DNA of 64,000 nucleotides from Diadema setosum. Its lineage: Eukaryota. The stretch spans positions 38,664,639 through 38,728,638 of the forward strand of contig NC_092698.1 in NCBI RefSeq assembly GCF_964275005.1, given 5' to 3'. The notes below the pieces were generated by a model. The model searched no databases and was not told the origin of the DNA. It worked only from the letters and a program-made list of their open reading frames with translations. The translations under genes were made by a program, and so were the position numbers. Of the stretch, positions 47,556-60,960 are shown piece after piece (the stretch's first letter is position 1; every line of letters begins with the position of its first letter).

Positions 47556-48450
47556 ACTGTATTATGCAAAAACAATAGGACAAGAATGATCAAATATGTT
47601 TCAATGGCTGACCCAATGTTTTGTTGAAACTCAACTTATTGGTTGAAGGAAAAAACACGTGCTGGACGAAGAAAGCTGATGGAATAAAAGCTAGCAGTAC
47701 GACTGGAGCATTCAAGGAATGGGATCAGATCAGGAATCGCTTAATCGAATATGAAGAGTTGAAGGCAAGCAATCTTTGAATTTGCTACGAATCTTGAAGC
47801 ATTTTGTGCTAGCATGTTGCCTTGTAGCGTTTGAGCAACTCTGAATGCAACGAAATGTGTGACGTTTACACTTTGAGCAGATTTTATCATAAAGAAGAAT
47901 CTTCGAAGAATATAAGGAAGGTGACAACGTCTCGTACTTGCAACCACATTCCAAAGGAAACATTATTCATGCATATATCAGTGCATGTATTTTCTGATGA
48001 TTATCTCATTGATAGGAATGTCCTTGACCTTATAAACGACATTCAAAAAAACATTCAATACCTATCAATAATTACGCATATTTAGTTACTTTTCTGCCTT
48101 GGATTTCTTATTCTTAAACCGTTACACTATTCATATGCACTGATATTAATGATGATGAATTCTGAATTGGCTGGCCTGACGGTTGAGAATCCCACGGAAC
48201 TAAGAAACAGTGAATGGATTATCAATGCATTCCTTAAACCCATTGGTTCTATAATAGGCACAGTGTGTGTCACGTATTAACTTTACGCTGAATTGCTATG
48301 GCCCGAAATTAACTGGGTACTTGTACAGTAAAGAACCAAAAGAATATGAAAATTTACGTATTTTGAGGGCTGGCGAAAGAAAAATAAAATGTATACAGTG
48401 TATATAATATTTGTTTCATTACGACCTGAATGACGCTTTGATGACTAATA

Positions 48451-48816
48451 CCCCTTTCATAAACTCAATAATGCGGATAATATCCGCAACATTTGGTCGT
48501 AAAATCGGAGAGGGGAAAGAATAATGCGCATTATTTCGACCCTTCTATTATCCGCATAATAGCAGCATCGGGACGAGATTTTGAGTTTATGAACGCAAAC
48601 CCAAATAATGCGGATAATTGCCGGGGTGCGGTCAAACGTCACCTGTCTTTCCCGCAGAAGGGGGGTGTGCAGTCACCATGACGATTATCCGCCTTTTTCA
48701 GGACGGGCGCTCGTAAAAATAATGCGGATTATTTTCAGAGTTTGTGAACGCATTTTTTATTGAATTGTCCGCATTATTCTTATGCGGATAATAGGAGGAT
48801 GAGTTTATGAAAGGGG
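48451..48816. mobile_element. TA-flanked MITE (366 bp) with an internal array of about 7 palindromic ataatgcggataat units
   Basis: 17-bp perfect TIR cccctttcataaactca / tgagtttatgaaagggg; TA at 48449-48450 and 48817-48818. Confidence 0.7.
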
Positions 48817-49695
48817 TATCAGAGTATACATACTTTCATTTTACTTAACGGAACATGTTTTCACAGTCACATCTTAGCAGGATTTGGATCTTGCAATTCC
48901 GTAGAGACGATTAAAAGTGATTAAAAAGCGTTATAAACTGATAGAGAAGTGTTTCTCTGAATACTAAGGTTGATCATTTACGTTCCCTAATGGTGATTAA
49001 ATGTAATAAATGTCAATTCCATTTCTCATTTACGTGACCTGTGAAGAAGATGATGAGGACTATGATTTTGCTTTCTGTGATAAGGTGATAAGATGAAGAT
49101 GATTAAAGTTCAGTCATTTGAACACTGTGGTAGAATGAACGCGAGTCTTGACTCTTAAACAGGTTCAAATTGGTCATTCTTGGAATATCCGTTTTTGGCC
49201 CAGAGTGTTGAAAACAGGTACAAGGCGATGTTCGCAAAATGATAAAAACAAACCCTTCTGGCAGAATTCTACAAGTAGCACGTAAGACGCTACTTGGTGG
49301 GTCAGACCATGTTTTTCATAATTATATTATTTGTTGTGACGAGGATAGCGGAGACGAAGGTGATATAATGATCGATGTGTGTTTTAAAGTGGACAGTGTG
49401 GTTTTCTGTGTCTATCGGCCAAGCGCGCAAAGGGTTAAAATCAACAGATGCTATTTTCCCCCTGGCCACTGTACCCACACTGAACTTTTAGATCTATAAT
49501 TCTTCGACGGAGACCACGTTGTCTACGAATTGTCGTATTGTGGAATGGAAGTCAAATATAGCGTATCTAATAGTGATACAGGTATCTAAGTATGAAATTT
49601 TGCGTGCATTGAATAAGTGTGCTTGTGCGTGTATGTGTGGGCTTATTCCTTTCTTTTTGCGTTTAGAATGGCGGCGGTGACATAGGCCCTAACCG

Positions 49696-49736
49696 GTGTG
49701 TGTGTGTGTGTGTGTGTGTGGGTGTGTGTGAGTGTG
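49696..49736. repeat. (GT)n microsatellite
   Basis: seen directly. Confidence 0.9.
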
Positions 49737-50875
49737 TTTTGATTATATATCTACATTTTTTAATGTATCAACAATGAATAGTGTATGTTATCTCCCTTAA
49801 CCACTGTCTCTATATCAAAATACCATTGGCGACTAATAAATCACCTGCACTCTTTCTCGATGGCTACCATATTGTTATCTTGTCATTATCTCCGAGTGTT
49901 GTTCTTTAAAATGTTACATCATCAAATATGAACACTTTGATATACCAGTAATCGAAATACGATTTATCCCGTGCATGTGTGTTATCATAGGCCTACGTGA
50001 TATCCACTTATTAAGGATAGTTATTATTATTATTATACATGTTATAAGATGTCATTACCTTCTAAAAATATTTGTTGTGGTACTATAAGCTTAACCCATA
50101 GTATTCTGATCACTAAATAAAGTGTTGGGACAAGAGCTTGCGTTGACTCATCTAGACTGTTTTTTTTAAACAATAATTTGTTTGACCTCGTAGCAGTTCC
50201 TATCCTATTACAGAATACTATATTGTGTAAATAAGTATAATGATGTTGGTATTCTACACTGTCATCTAATACCTACAGCGTCTGTTTGCTGGCAGTGGCT
50301 AGGTCGAACTTGCGAGTGATACACTGCCGTGATTTATTTCTTTGGTATGATTCCAAATTTGACTTTCCGAGATAGCAACTATCGTAATTGGGTATGGAGA
50401 TTCGACCAGGAGAGAACACTCAAGCTGTGCAAACTTGGCCCGCTGCGGCCGGTATATGAACGACTGTCAGAGGTGTGACATCTAGCGGCTGGGCGAGAGA
50501 AACGGAAAAACGTCCAAATACCGAGAACTCGCGAGGCGCGCTAAATGAAAATGAGGGTGTCTGCTAGCTCGAGATCTGAGGTTCAGAACAAGGCTGCATT
50601 ATCACGCCGCAATAAACCAGTACTCTGTCTTTGACACTATTGATAATTTGCACTATATTGCCACAAATTTCGTACGAAGAAAAGTGTCTAGAGAAAGCAC
50701 TTTCCGGTTTCAACGATTTACTTTACTGACCTCAATACGACACAAGTCAAAATTAAAGAAGAAATCATAATACAGAAGTAAGACACAAAGTCAATTTAAA
50801 TCTCATTACCAAGGTATATAGGTATATAATGTATATCATATATATATATATATATTGCCAGCAAAACTTAACTGT

Positions 50876-50922
50876 CCTTGCACCGCCCCGCCATGTTCTG
50901 GTTTAGTCAACTTGTTGCTGTC

Positions 50923-50999
<77 letters not shown>

Positions 51000-51019
51000 C
51001 ATGGCGGGGTGGTGCAAGG
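50876..51019. repeat. Long (TA)n tract (about 70 bp) embedded between 20-bp inverted arms (ccttgcaccgccccgccatg / catggcggggtggtgcaagg)
   Basis: seen directly. Confidence 0.8.
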
Positions 51020-54000
51020 TTTTTTGGGTGTTTTTTTTTTTGTGTGTGTAACACCTAGTATATACCGGTACACATAATCAATGCACAACTAAACCAAGTG
51101 TAGCATATCTCAAAATCCCTCTTTTTCAAAGTCGGGGGATAAAAAGATACACTGTAAATACATTTGAAATTCTCTCTTTTATAAACGGAATGACGGACAT
51201 TACCGCGTATACAACACACATAGTCGCAATCACTCTTTGGGGAAAATGTGAGAGGGAGGGAACATTTATATAATCTGAAATAGCTTGAATAAATGAACAG
51301 TGGCTTTCGTTCTCTACCCTCTAAGTATTACATAACCACGAAGGACTGAAGAAAGCGTTGATGCATTTTGAAGTAATGTGCGCATTTTGGCGCCACTCTT
51401 GCGTAGAGCAGGCATATTAGATAATGTAGAATATCAGATAATGTATGTACACAAAAGAGTCCTCGACCACCATGATTGTCGCCTGATGTACTCCTCCCCC
51501 CCCCCCCCCCCTCCCTCTTCCCCGTCTTCTCGTCACTAGCTGGTGAATCACATCACTGTCTTCCCGCCTTCACTTCCTGGCCCTCATTGAAGACTGGACG
51601 CCTGACTTGGCACGAAGCTAACACGTTGGGATGATGCACCTGCCGTAGCTCACTCCTACCATTGATCGACTCGTCCGCCGATATGTAGCGATCTACGGCA
51701 GCTTGCTTCTTGTCGGGCGAGGGTGCGGCCAGAGGGGACCGTGTGGGCGAAGCTAATCAGAAGGCTGTTGACGACTACGGCCAGCGTTACTCTTATTTTT
51801 CATTATTTTCCCCTATTCCGTCTTGGGGATCTCATTTGGGTCATATTTGGTCTAGTATGATTAAGTTTCCTTTTCAGTCGAGACTGCATGTCCGCTGCCT
51901 GTACACTCATTCGCAGAGCTTCCTATGCGATACTTCTAGCATCACCCATAAAGATTTCTGATTATCCCGTCTTCCAAAATTTCATGAGCAACAATGGATT
52001 GAAACACATGGAAAGCGATGAGAAAAAATATTGTTGTTTAATTAAAAATGTTGACACTTATTTCTTAATAATTACTTAGTTTTTTTAAAGCAAAACTATA
52101 CATCTAAGGCACACATACACACACATTATACGTGATGTTATAAATCTATGTTTAAGCATATACAGTAGTATAATACTTGTACACTAATGTATTTTCTATA
52201 TAGATCTAACACGTTCAATGTACTCTTCCAGTGGATTGATTAAAGGAATCATTTTCGCATATTATAAAGTCATGATATTACACCGTGATTGCTGGTGATT
52301 TCTCGACTTTAAGAGGGTATTCTGTAAGTTAACATGTTGGATACGCATTTGAAGAGACCGGAAATGACGAACAAGACGAACGGTAATAATTTACTTCCAA
52401 ACTAAATGCTGGTGATATCCCTACCGAAAACATGATAACTTAACAGGTCAGTATTGATGGAAGTGAAAGATGTGCAGCGGATGCTCCTAGAGTCCCGTTC
52501 TCCTCTCGCTCCTTGTCGCTATTATAAATCATATTATTCAATTATTATATAAGAATTCATATTCTTTTTGTTACTATCGATATCATTACCGCAGATGTCA
52601 TCATTATCACTTGTTTGAGATGTGGTATCATGATACTAACAGTATAAACTTTATTATTCTTTGACGTACAGTTTAAAAACACATTTTTACTTCCATAATT
52701 AACTTAATCAGTACAACCACTAGTTTTAAGCACACATTGTGTACGAAGGAAGTTTAGAGCGCATAAAATTTCTTTGTATACATCTTAAAGATCAGGTTGA
52801 TGGACTTGAACCACAGGGCACACTTTTTGATATTGTCACTGATTGTCTCCATCCACTGTGTGAGTGAATAGCAAAGGGGAAACCTAATGCTATCGCGATG
52901 TCGTTACAGCGTTATATACAATAGGAAGAGAGCTGCTCCAGAATGGAATCCGAAGTGAACTCTGCAAAAGACTTGAGTTGGCACCTTTGAAACTCTGTTT
53001 GTAAGTCGGTATGTAATCATGTACTACGACAGCGGTCTATCCGAAGTCCACAGGAGTTTATTTTTTATTTATTTATCATCCATCATACATTTTAAGTACA
53101 CAGAACAATACATAAATAATACATAAATCAAATAAAGATTACAAAATGAATGGACTGCCAATTTCAGATCCACTTTACAATGAAGTGAATTGTGTGAATT
53201 ATAATTTACCATAAAACTTGAGCAAGTCAAAAAAGGTAAATTTAGGGTAGTTAATCACAGTGTGCTAGTGCTGATACTTTATGAAATTTATCGCTATACA
53301 CTAATTCCCGCCAAAATATCAGTCTGCGAATGTTCTCTATTGATGTATGTAACCTTGCTGATTTGCAATAGCATAGAGCCATTATATGATTAATCCATAT
53401 AATAGTAGCATGTTGTGTGTTTCTTAATATCAGTTACTTTTTTCGAATCCGTGATGATCTTGAAGACAACCTTCTTTTATATTTCTGCGAAAGGCTTGGA
53501 TAATGATTGAGATATTTAAACAATTAACATGCCCCAAATCCGAACGCAATTTCGGCACCCTCATCAGAATTGAGGGGTGAAGGGTAACAGTCATTTCGAT
53601 TTCATGAACCAGTGATGTCGCCTTTATAAAAAGTCATGCCACAAGGTATTTTAAAAGTTCATCTTGCACCAGTAGATAGATGTTGTGAAAGGCTGACAGT
53701 GACACATGTTGCGAGGCTCCTTAGAATCAGTCTATCCCGTATGGGATTAATTGTCTTAACCTTTGAGAAACAACTTGAATAACCACAAATTTCAAACTGA
53801 GATGGTGACAATCATCGTTATGTCTGGTATTTTTGATGAATGTAAATACAAGGGATATAAAAAAATTATAACTGAATTCACAACTGAAAAAAAACAACCT
53901 TCAGTCCATCCCACCAAGGCGGCCCCTAATTCCTCAAAATGTCATGAAGATAACTGACCTAGTTTCTTCTTATCGGGATCATAATGTTCTGTAATTTGTA

Positions 54001-54721
54001 TGTACGACTTAAAGTTGTCAGGCTTTATCAAGACAATGAATCAGTGATTACAGGGAGATCAGTACGAGTAATATATTCGAAAAAAACAAACAAACAACGT
54101 TCCAGTCTTGCATTTTGAACATATTTATCAATATCGCCATGTGAGCATTCTAAAAAAAAAAGAAGAAAAAACAATCAAACAGATGATGGTTGTGTTTCTA
54201 TTGTTCAAATATTTACAAGAAGATGATTACATTGACTTTTTATGACTTTTGGAATGGATGAAAATATTCTTTGGCACTAGAAAAGTTTACAAAGAAGATA
54301 CAACTACAAACAGTTTTCATATAAGGACATCCGTAAGTCATTTTTTTTTCGGTTTAATTCTCTAATTACCAGTGGGCCAAAAAGATCACACGAATCCAGA
54401 AATACCATCGAGACAGCAACGGATGGGTGCATTCTCCCGAATGTAAAGCCTTTCGTCTTTAGAACGCCACAAGCTTTAGTCAACCGCACAGACATTTGTT
54501 GTGTTCATTTTCTTCCTTTTTCTACAGTGATTGGCTGGTGATATTACAGATAATACAATCCCACAATATAGTCCCCTCCCACCCAGTGCACGCATCGCGC
54601 ATTGGTCCCATTGCAACTACTAGTGAGCGAATCTTGCCACAGTCATCACTCCGTTCTGATATTTTTTTTTTTCACGAATATGTTAGCATCTAAGTCAGAT
54701 AGCACCAGCGAAGCCAGCTGC

Positions 54722-54728
54722 TATATAA
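54722..54728 (+). promoter_or_regulatory. TATA box (TATATAA) of a plus-strand gene whose ATG exon is at 55190-55352
   Basis: gctgcTATATAAGccgagctccactcgacc; a GC-rich 5'UTR-like sequence follows. Confidence 0.4.
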
Positions 54729-55189
54729 GCCGAGCTCCACTCGACCAGCTCGTCTGTCTTTCGCCTAGCGAGGGTACAGACAGGGGGTTCTAAGCAGCGG
54801 TTGAAACCAGCACAGATTATCATCAACTCGTGACGACAGGAACGGGACAAGCGACAGGTCTTCAACACACTACAGCCGGTGGTGCTAAGAAATCCCTTTT
54901 CTGATTGTTTAGTTCTCATTGCAACACGAAACTTCGCGCTTAATACGAATATTTTCAATAATGCACGTAATGCGATAATTCTAAATATATTCACGCATAC
55001 TGGAGGATCATCTAGACAACTGATAAAGAGCACTGTCAGCTAAAACATAGCTAAAAAGTCCTCTATAAGTAAGTTACAGCAAACTTAGATCTTTATCGCG
55101 AACATTCTCCGCAACTTATTTCATCTGCACATTTCCAGCTGAAAAAGGTGCATAAGGAAATGTCATCGATAGGAGTCTTTTCTTTGTAG

Positions 55190-55352
55190 GTCCTCTGAAA
55201 GACTTCACACTCGAAGAGGATATCATCCAACCTCAAGATAAACACAGAGACAAAACTGAGAAGAAAGACAATTTTTTTTTTGTTTTCTGATGTAACTCTC
55301 GGAGATCGACACAGCGCTCGACCATGGACGCTGAGGAATATCGAAAGCGAGG
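55190..55352 (+). CDS. Exon with 5'UTR and the first 28 coding bases (ATG at 55325: MDAEEYRKRG) of a DDC/HDC-like PLP-dependent aromatic amino-acid decarboxylase
   Basis: ttctttgtag acceptor at 55188-55189; GTGAGT donor at 55353; M-x-x-x-E-[FY]-R-x-R-G is the conserved N-terminus of group II decarboxylases (HDC MMEPEEYRERGREMVDY; DDC MNASEFRRRGKEMVDY). Confidence 0.35.
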
Positions 55353-57129
55353 TGAGTTACAGTTCTGACAAGAATAGTCTCTACTTATCTATTTTCAGAA
55401 ATAATGAAAGCTTTAACATTCCATCTCATCTGCGGATCGACAGAAACATTATTATGTCTCTTTCTTATTTGCAGTCTGTAAATTGTCTAAATTGTCTGTG
55501 CATTTCTCTCAGAATATCATATCGGTGTACATGCATTTTTTATTCTTCTGTCCTTTTTGTTATTTGTAAGACAGTGAAAGACTGTTGTGACGTATGCATC
55601 AAACAGTTGTCGCTTGTTACATAATTCATCTGCATTTGAGGTTAATATTATTATTAATCATATTTGTTTGTGAAACGTACTTTCGATTTGCGACGTAAGT
55701 TCTCAATGGCATGATTGTACAACAATGTGGGTCTGTGAGATATACAAAAGAACTGACGAAGTATATAATCGATAAGAAATTGATATTCTCTCTACAAGTT
55801 GGTAGAGCGTATTTTCAAGCACTTCAAGTGAGTGTTAATTATGATGTATATTATAAACTATTCCCACTTAATGAACATATCAAACATGTAGCACTGAGTG
55901 AAAGCATGGCAAGAGTTATTGGTGCCCTTAAGTCTTCAAATTGAAAGAAATACAGTGTTCCACTGGAAAAAAAAAATCTTTTTTTTTTTTCAGGATGAAA
56001 TTTAGGATCTAGTGTTTCTTACGTCTGGACACGTGGCTGGAAAGTGAGAGTAGATGCTTTAAGGGACAATCCAGCAAACCATGGGGCGTGAAGCCAAGGT
56101 AGCCGCTCATGCCTGATAAAACAAATGTCGTAGGGAGGCGAGTATGAAGGGTGATCAATACCAATGAAAAAGACCGTCAGCCATCCAGCCATGCTAATGC
56201 TTCATACTCATATATCGTATCCCTACCACTCAGGGATTGTGAGAGCTGTTTGACACCCTCCCTTCTTGTAGCAAACTGTGGCTGTATGTGTAGAAATAAG
56301 ATGACACAATTGCAGTTAAATAACTTGGGAAGCATGGTTTACATTTACGGTTTGTGTCATCCTATGGCCTCCTTATCTTTTTTGTTCCACTGGAAGCTGA
56401 TCATGAGCATCTCGTACTTTGAGTAAAATCATAGATTATTGATATATCTACAAAGAATGAACGATGATATATCACTTAGAAGTGTCCTCGTTTAGGCAAA
56501 TCATAGGACCAACAAATATTGGTATGTTGTGTTTTGAGCAATTTCACACTGATGTAAGTCTTGACAAAACTTTAGATCTTAAGGGATTTTAACGCACAAT
56601 AATCTATTATACACACCAAAGTTTTTATCACGTATTCTCTATAGCACATGAGTAATTCATTCTTCCAGAAATATGATGATGTGACTAAAAAAAAAATGTA
56701 AAGCATGCATAAACCTCATTAAAGTTAACAAGATGTCTATGAATCACTTTTTGAATATTTTTAGATACTTTGACTATTGAATTGAAGAATAGGAAGGGAA
56801 AATATAAGAGATTATCCACATGTTTCCAGTCCCCCTGCGACTGCATTCTCATAATGTAAAAATTCCTCCAATGACTGCTGTTTGTTATCGATCGATATGT
56901 GTGTGTTATATGACATCCTTTCTTTTTTTCACACCCACTCTCTACGTCCTATATCATTTCCTAGTTTGATACATTTAAGCAAACACTGAGAAATTGATTA
57001 GGTGGTATAACTCACACAATTTCATAATCAAAAGGCACCAAGGCCGTTGTGTATGAATGAACGATACCTGCATTCTGTGCGCGATTTATACATGCTTATA
57101 AATGCATTTGAATGAACAATAACTCATAT

Positions 57130-57190
57130 ACCAGTGTGTGCGTGTGTGTGTGTGTGTGTATGTGTGTGTGTGCGTGTATGTGTATTTTGA
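57130..57190. repeat. (GT)n imperfect microsatellite
   Basis: seen directly. Confidence 0.85.
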
Positions 57191-58079
57191 TTTGAGTATG
57201 TTCCTTTCCATGCAGGCCTGAAGATTACATGCTCTATCGATACGCCAGAATATATGCTGCTAAACATGAAAATTGCCACAAATCAGCATTAATCTGCGAT
57301 CCTAAATCCATTCGGACGCGGTATGACTAATTTATGCTGAACGTCAGTCTGACGAGCTTAAATCCTGGGTTGACGGTAATCTGTGTAAGGTTATAGGTCT
57401 ATTCCTCCCCCTCCCACCCCCCCCCCCCCACCCCCGTCACAAAACGTGTAATAAGGGACATTTATAATTGCACTTAAATTAAGAATGTATGAGTGTTTCC
57501 AAAAATGAAATCGGAAGTCATAGTGCATATTCAAACACTAATTAAGATACGAGTCGCAGCAGCATCATCCGTGATATTACATGGAAAGGGCCTGAGGATA
57601 TATCCATCTAATATCAAGGAACACAGATATAGCTCAGAATATTTGCGATTAAATATGAATTAAGCATATTGAGAAACAAATTGTGTACGTTGTATTCTTG
57701 ACACCGGCACGATTTCAGCTACTTCATGTTCAAATCTAACCAGCTAAAAATAGTTAACCAAGATAATTCTTCAGTCGCCATAAGCTATCCCGCAAAGTCG
57801 AATCCCCTCCTTGAGGAACCCCAACCCCACATCTCACCCTTCCAGGTCTTTCGCCTGCATCCGTGTAATACATTAAAGGGTTGGGTTTTTTTGTCACTTC
57901 TCTAAATCTCAAGATCTAAATCTAAAAATGCCAAGGTGTACATTATTTGATATTACTTCATGACTGTCTTCAGGATGACACTCGCCACACACTCAAAAAA
58001 GTGATTAACTCCTACCAGATACGAACACAAAGATACATAATTCATGAACATAAATATGATATATATTTTCAACATAGAT

Positions 58080-58096
58080 GTATGTATGTATGTATG

Positions 58097-58134
<38 letters not shown>

Positions 58135-58150
58135 TATACATACATATATA
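58080..58150. repeat. (TATG)n/(TA)n compound microsatellite
   Basis: seen directly. Confidence 0.85.
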
Positions 58151-59689
58151 TATAGGATACATACATGATTATATGCTTCGAGGAAACAAAGTTACACATA
58201 ATACAAAGAACTAAACGTCCGATAATTCTGCCGCTGAATAAAAACTGGAACCATCAGAATGTGAAATCCCTCAGTCATCAGGGATTGTTTCAAAACTACA
58301 GCTGTGCTAAGTATTTCATCTCGTGACAAGACTATTTAAGTACGACTTACGACAATACGATTTTAAACGTAGTGATGGAACTTGCAGAGTAAAATAGATG
58401 ATTGACGACAGAAGTAGTCGCTCTGCGAATCGGTTCCATTACATTGCTCCTGCAACAATTCCCGTGAAATAAGATCTGCATGCTAGGCTAAACATAAATT
58501 CTACCCACAAACATAACCCTAACCCTAACTGAAATCCTAACATTGAACTTAACTTCAAACCCTATCACAACTGTAACCTTAAGTGCTTGGAGAAACTAAG
58601 ATTGGAGCAATTGTCGCAGGAGAATATGTGTCGCCGTACGAATCGATGTCATTGTTATATGCGTAGCACCATCATCTCCATCAATATAAACAATTTACTC
58701 GTTGTCATGAGCAATTTCTACTGTCCTCTGAGTTTTGGATTGATCGATGCTATAAGAGTACAGAAAAGATCAGGAAAAATGTAGGGCTGGGAAGTTCAAC
58801 GAGGTAACAAACTCTGAAAGGTCCTTCCTGCTCTGTGAGTATAGAAGAACACTTCCATTTGTAAGTAATCATGGTACAGGATAGAAAGATTCAATGTGAG
58901 GGAAAGGTTTATGTCACCTACATGATATAGGGACTGACAAAAAAGGGCGGTGCCTTGTGGTTCAAGGGCATAAAGCTTCAAGTTGATAAACTGCTGAGAG
59001 GAATAAAGCCTTAAGGTAAGAGTGTTGTGAAGCATTATGAAAACAGGAATCGGTCATTAATTTTTTTTTCATCTTTGAAAGGTTGTAACTGATTCTAACA
59101 TATCATGATTCTGCTTTTACCGTTGCGACAGCAATATGTCATGGAATAACTTCCCTTGTGCACTGATCCCATCTTATGCGTTACAAATAGCTCTGAGAAT
59201 CACTCACAGCATGCTTTCGTCAATGGGAGATTGTAACTGATTTTAAATAAGGTGCTCTCATTTACTGCTATTATCACTGGTACAACCATAAGCCCTTACT
59301 TGTAATATCATGGTACGTCATGGAAACATTTTCCCTGATGGGGTACTGATCCCATGCTGGATATTCGGTAAAGGAGAATAATAACATTAAGATTAAAGAC
59401 GGAAGAATCTTTTATGTGCATCAAAATCATAATGTTTAAAAAGTAGCCACTTGGACACGGGCTTACGTCACTCTTTGAAGTAGTCTTGGACACTGCACTG
59501 CAGCAGAGGAATCTCTTGAAAAGACTCATCATACTAAGTGACTGGATGTTTGCTTGTAAAATTAGAGGTATTTTATTTCATTTGGCACTTGTACTATTGA
59601 CTTATCGTGATGCTAGTTTCTACATGTTCTTTTTTTATTTTGTTCTTGTATTAGCCAGTTCATTCCAGTTCCTACCTTTCACTGTCAAT

Positions 59690-59846
59690 CGCTGTATACA
59701 CCGTACTATTGTTCGCTCGGTTGCTTGTTTGTTTGTTTTCATTTTCCATCTGACAAGATGGCTGGATAACCCGTATTCAGCTGCATTAGCTGGTCTTCCA
59801 TGGGGTCCAATTGTTAGTACTTGGGGCAGACCACTTCACCGAGTAT

Positions 59847-59902
<56 letters not shown>

Positions 59903-59925
59903 GCATATATATATGTATTTATGTT
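59690..59925 (+). mobile_element. SINE-like interspersed repeat (copy 2) followed by a (TACA)n(CA)n microsatellite
   Basis: Homologous to 31597-31745 (opposite orientation there); (CA)n at 59858-59908. Confidence 0.6.
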
Positions 59926-60924
59926 TGTAGTGCTAAAGAACGCTATAGAGTTTGTGGGAGACAATGTCATGCTAAAATCATAATACACACTGATATACAT
60001 GGTACATCTGAAAATATGTTTTGCCGTTCAATATTCAAAAAAAAAAAAACACTTTGAATAGGACGTAGCTTTGGATATTTGGAATGTGCATGATTGTAAA
60101 ATCTTTACCCACAGGGAAATTTTTAATCACAGATTTTTTTCAAAATATCCTCTAAAACCGCAGAAAAATAAAATGATGCACGTTGTTTTTCAATGAAATA
60201 TAGGATTTCGTCTTTAAGGAGAACATCCCACACTGTGTGGATTAAATGGTGCAGTATGATAAGTTTGAAAATTGAAAAAATGGATAGTAATTCCGAAAAT
60301 GATGAGTTGTTCAGGTTTTGTTGAAAAACAACTTAATTAAATTTTTATTTCATGAAAGAATTCATGTTCCCTTGACTTCTTAGAGAGATATAATGCAGAA
60401 AGTGTGTGCTCTTTCCATGTCCTAAAAAGACGAAAATTTACTTTATTTGTTTGCATTCACTGTTGATGTAATTATGTTTGAAGAAATTTAACCTTTCTCT
60501 CAAAACCTAAGTGACGCACAAATGACCATTTGTCACATGGCAATAGCGGTATGGATAGGAGCTCTTTATATTATTTCTGTGTCAATATTCTTTTCATGAA
60601 GTAAACTTTTTTGTTGTTTTTGAGATTCGCACAAACTTGAATTTATGCAATGTGATGGTTTGATTTTTTTTAATGCAACTTACTCATCTGGTAGGTCGAC
60701 TCTGCAAAGATTTTTTGTTATTGATGTTTCACCGTATTGATCCAAGCTGTTGGTATTTCTCTCTGTGAAGGCAAAGAATACAATAGAAGGACTTGTCAAT
60801 GACTGTTTACAGCGGAAAAATATTACACAAAAATCAAACATTACTCTTCTCGTCGAAAGATGACGAGATACGAAGTGTATTCGTTTGGTTGCACCTCTTT
60901 TCAGAAACAACTGTCAATTACGTT

Positions 60925-60960
60925 TACCTGACTGTCTGTCTGTCTGTCTGACTGACTCTC
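60925..60960. repeat. (CTGT)n microsatellite
   Basis: seen directly. Confidence 0.8.

Noticed and set aside
50280-50600. GC-rich patch considered as an snRNA/5S gene or promoter
   Set aside because: No match to U1/U2/U6/5S/7SK consensus, and no adjacent gene start detectable.
54695-55033. 112-aa minus-strand ORF overlapping the TATA box / 5'UTR region of the decarboxylase-like gene
   Set aside because: No homology and no splice or start context. It overlaps a plus-strand promoter with a convincing TATA and a downstream ATG exon.
56151-58784. Plus-strand ORFs downstream of the decarboxylase-like first exon (55711-55944, 56151-56426, 58587-58784) as the next decarboxylase exon
   Set aside because: None encodes the expected KEMVDY...PGYL continuation or has a phase-1 acceptor. 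The second exon is presumably further downstream.
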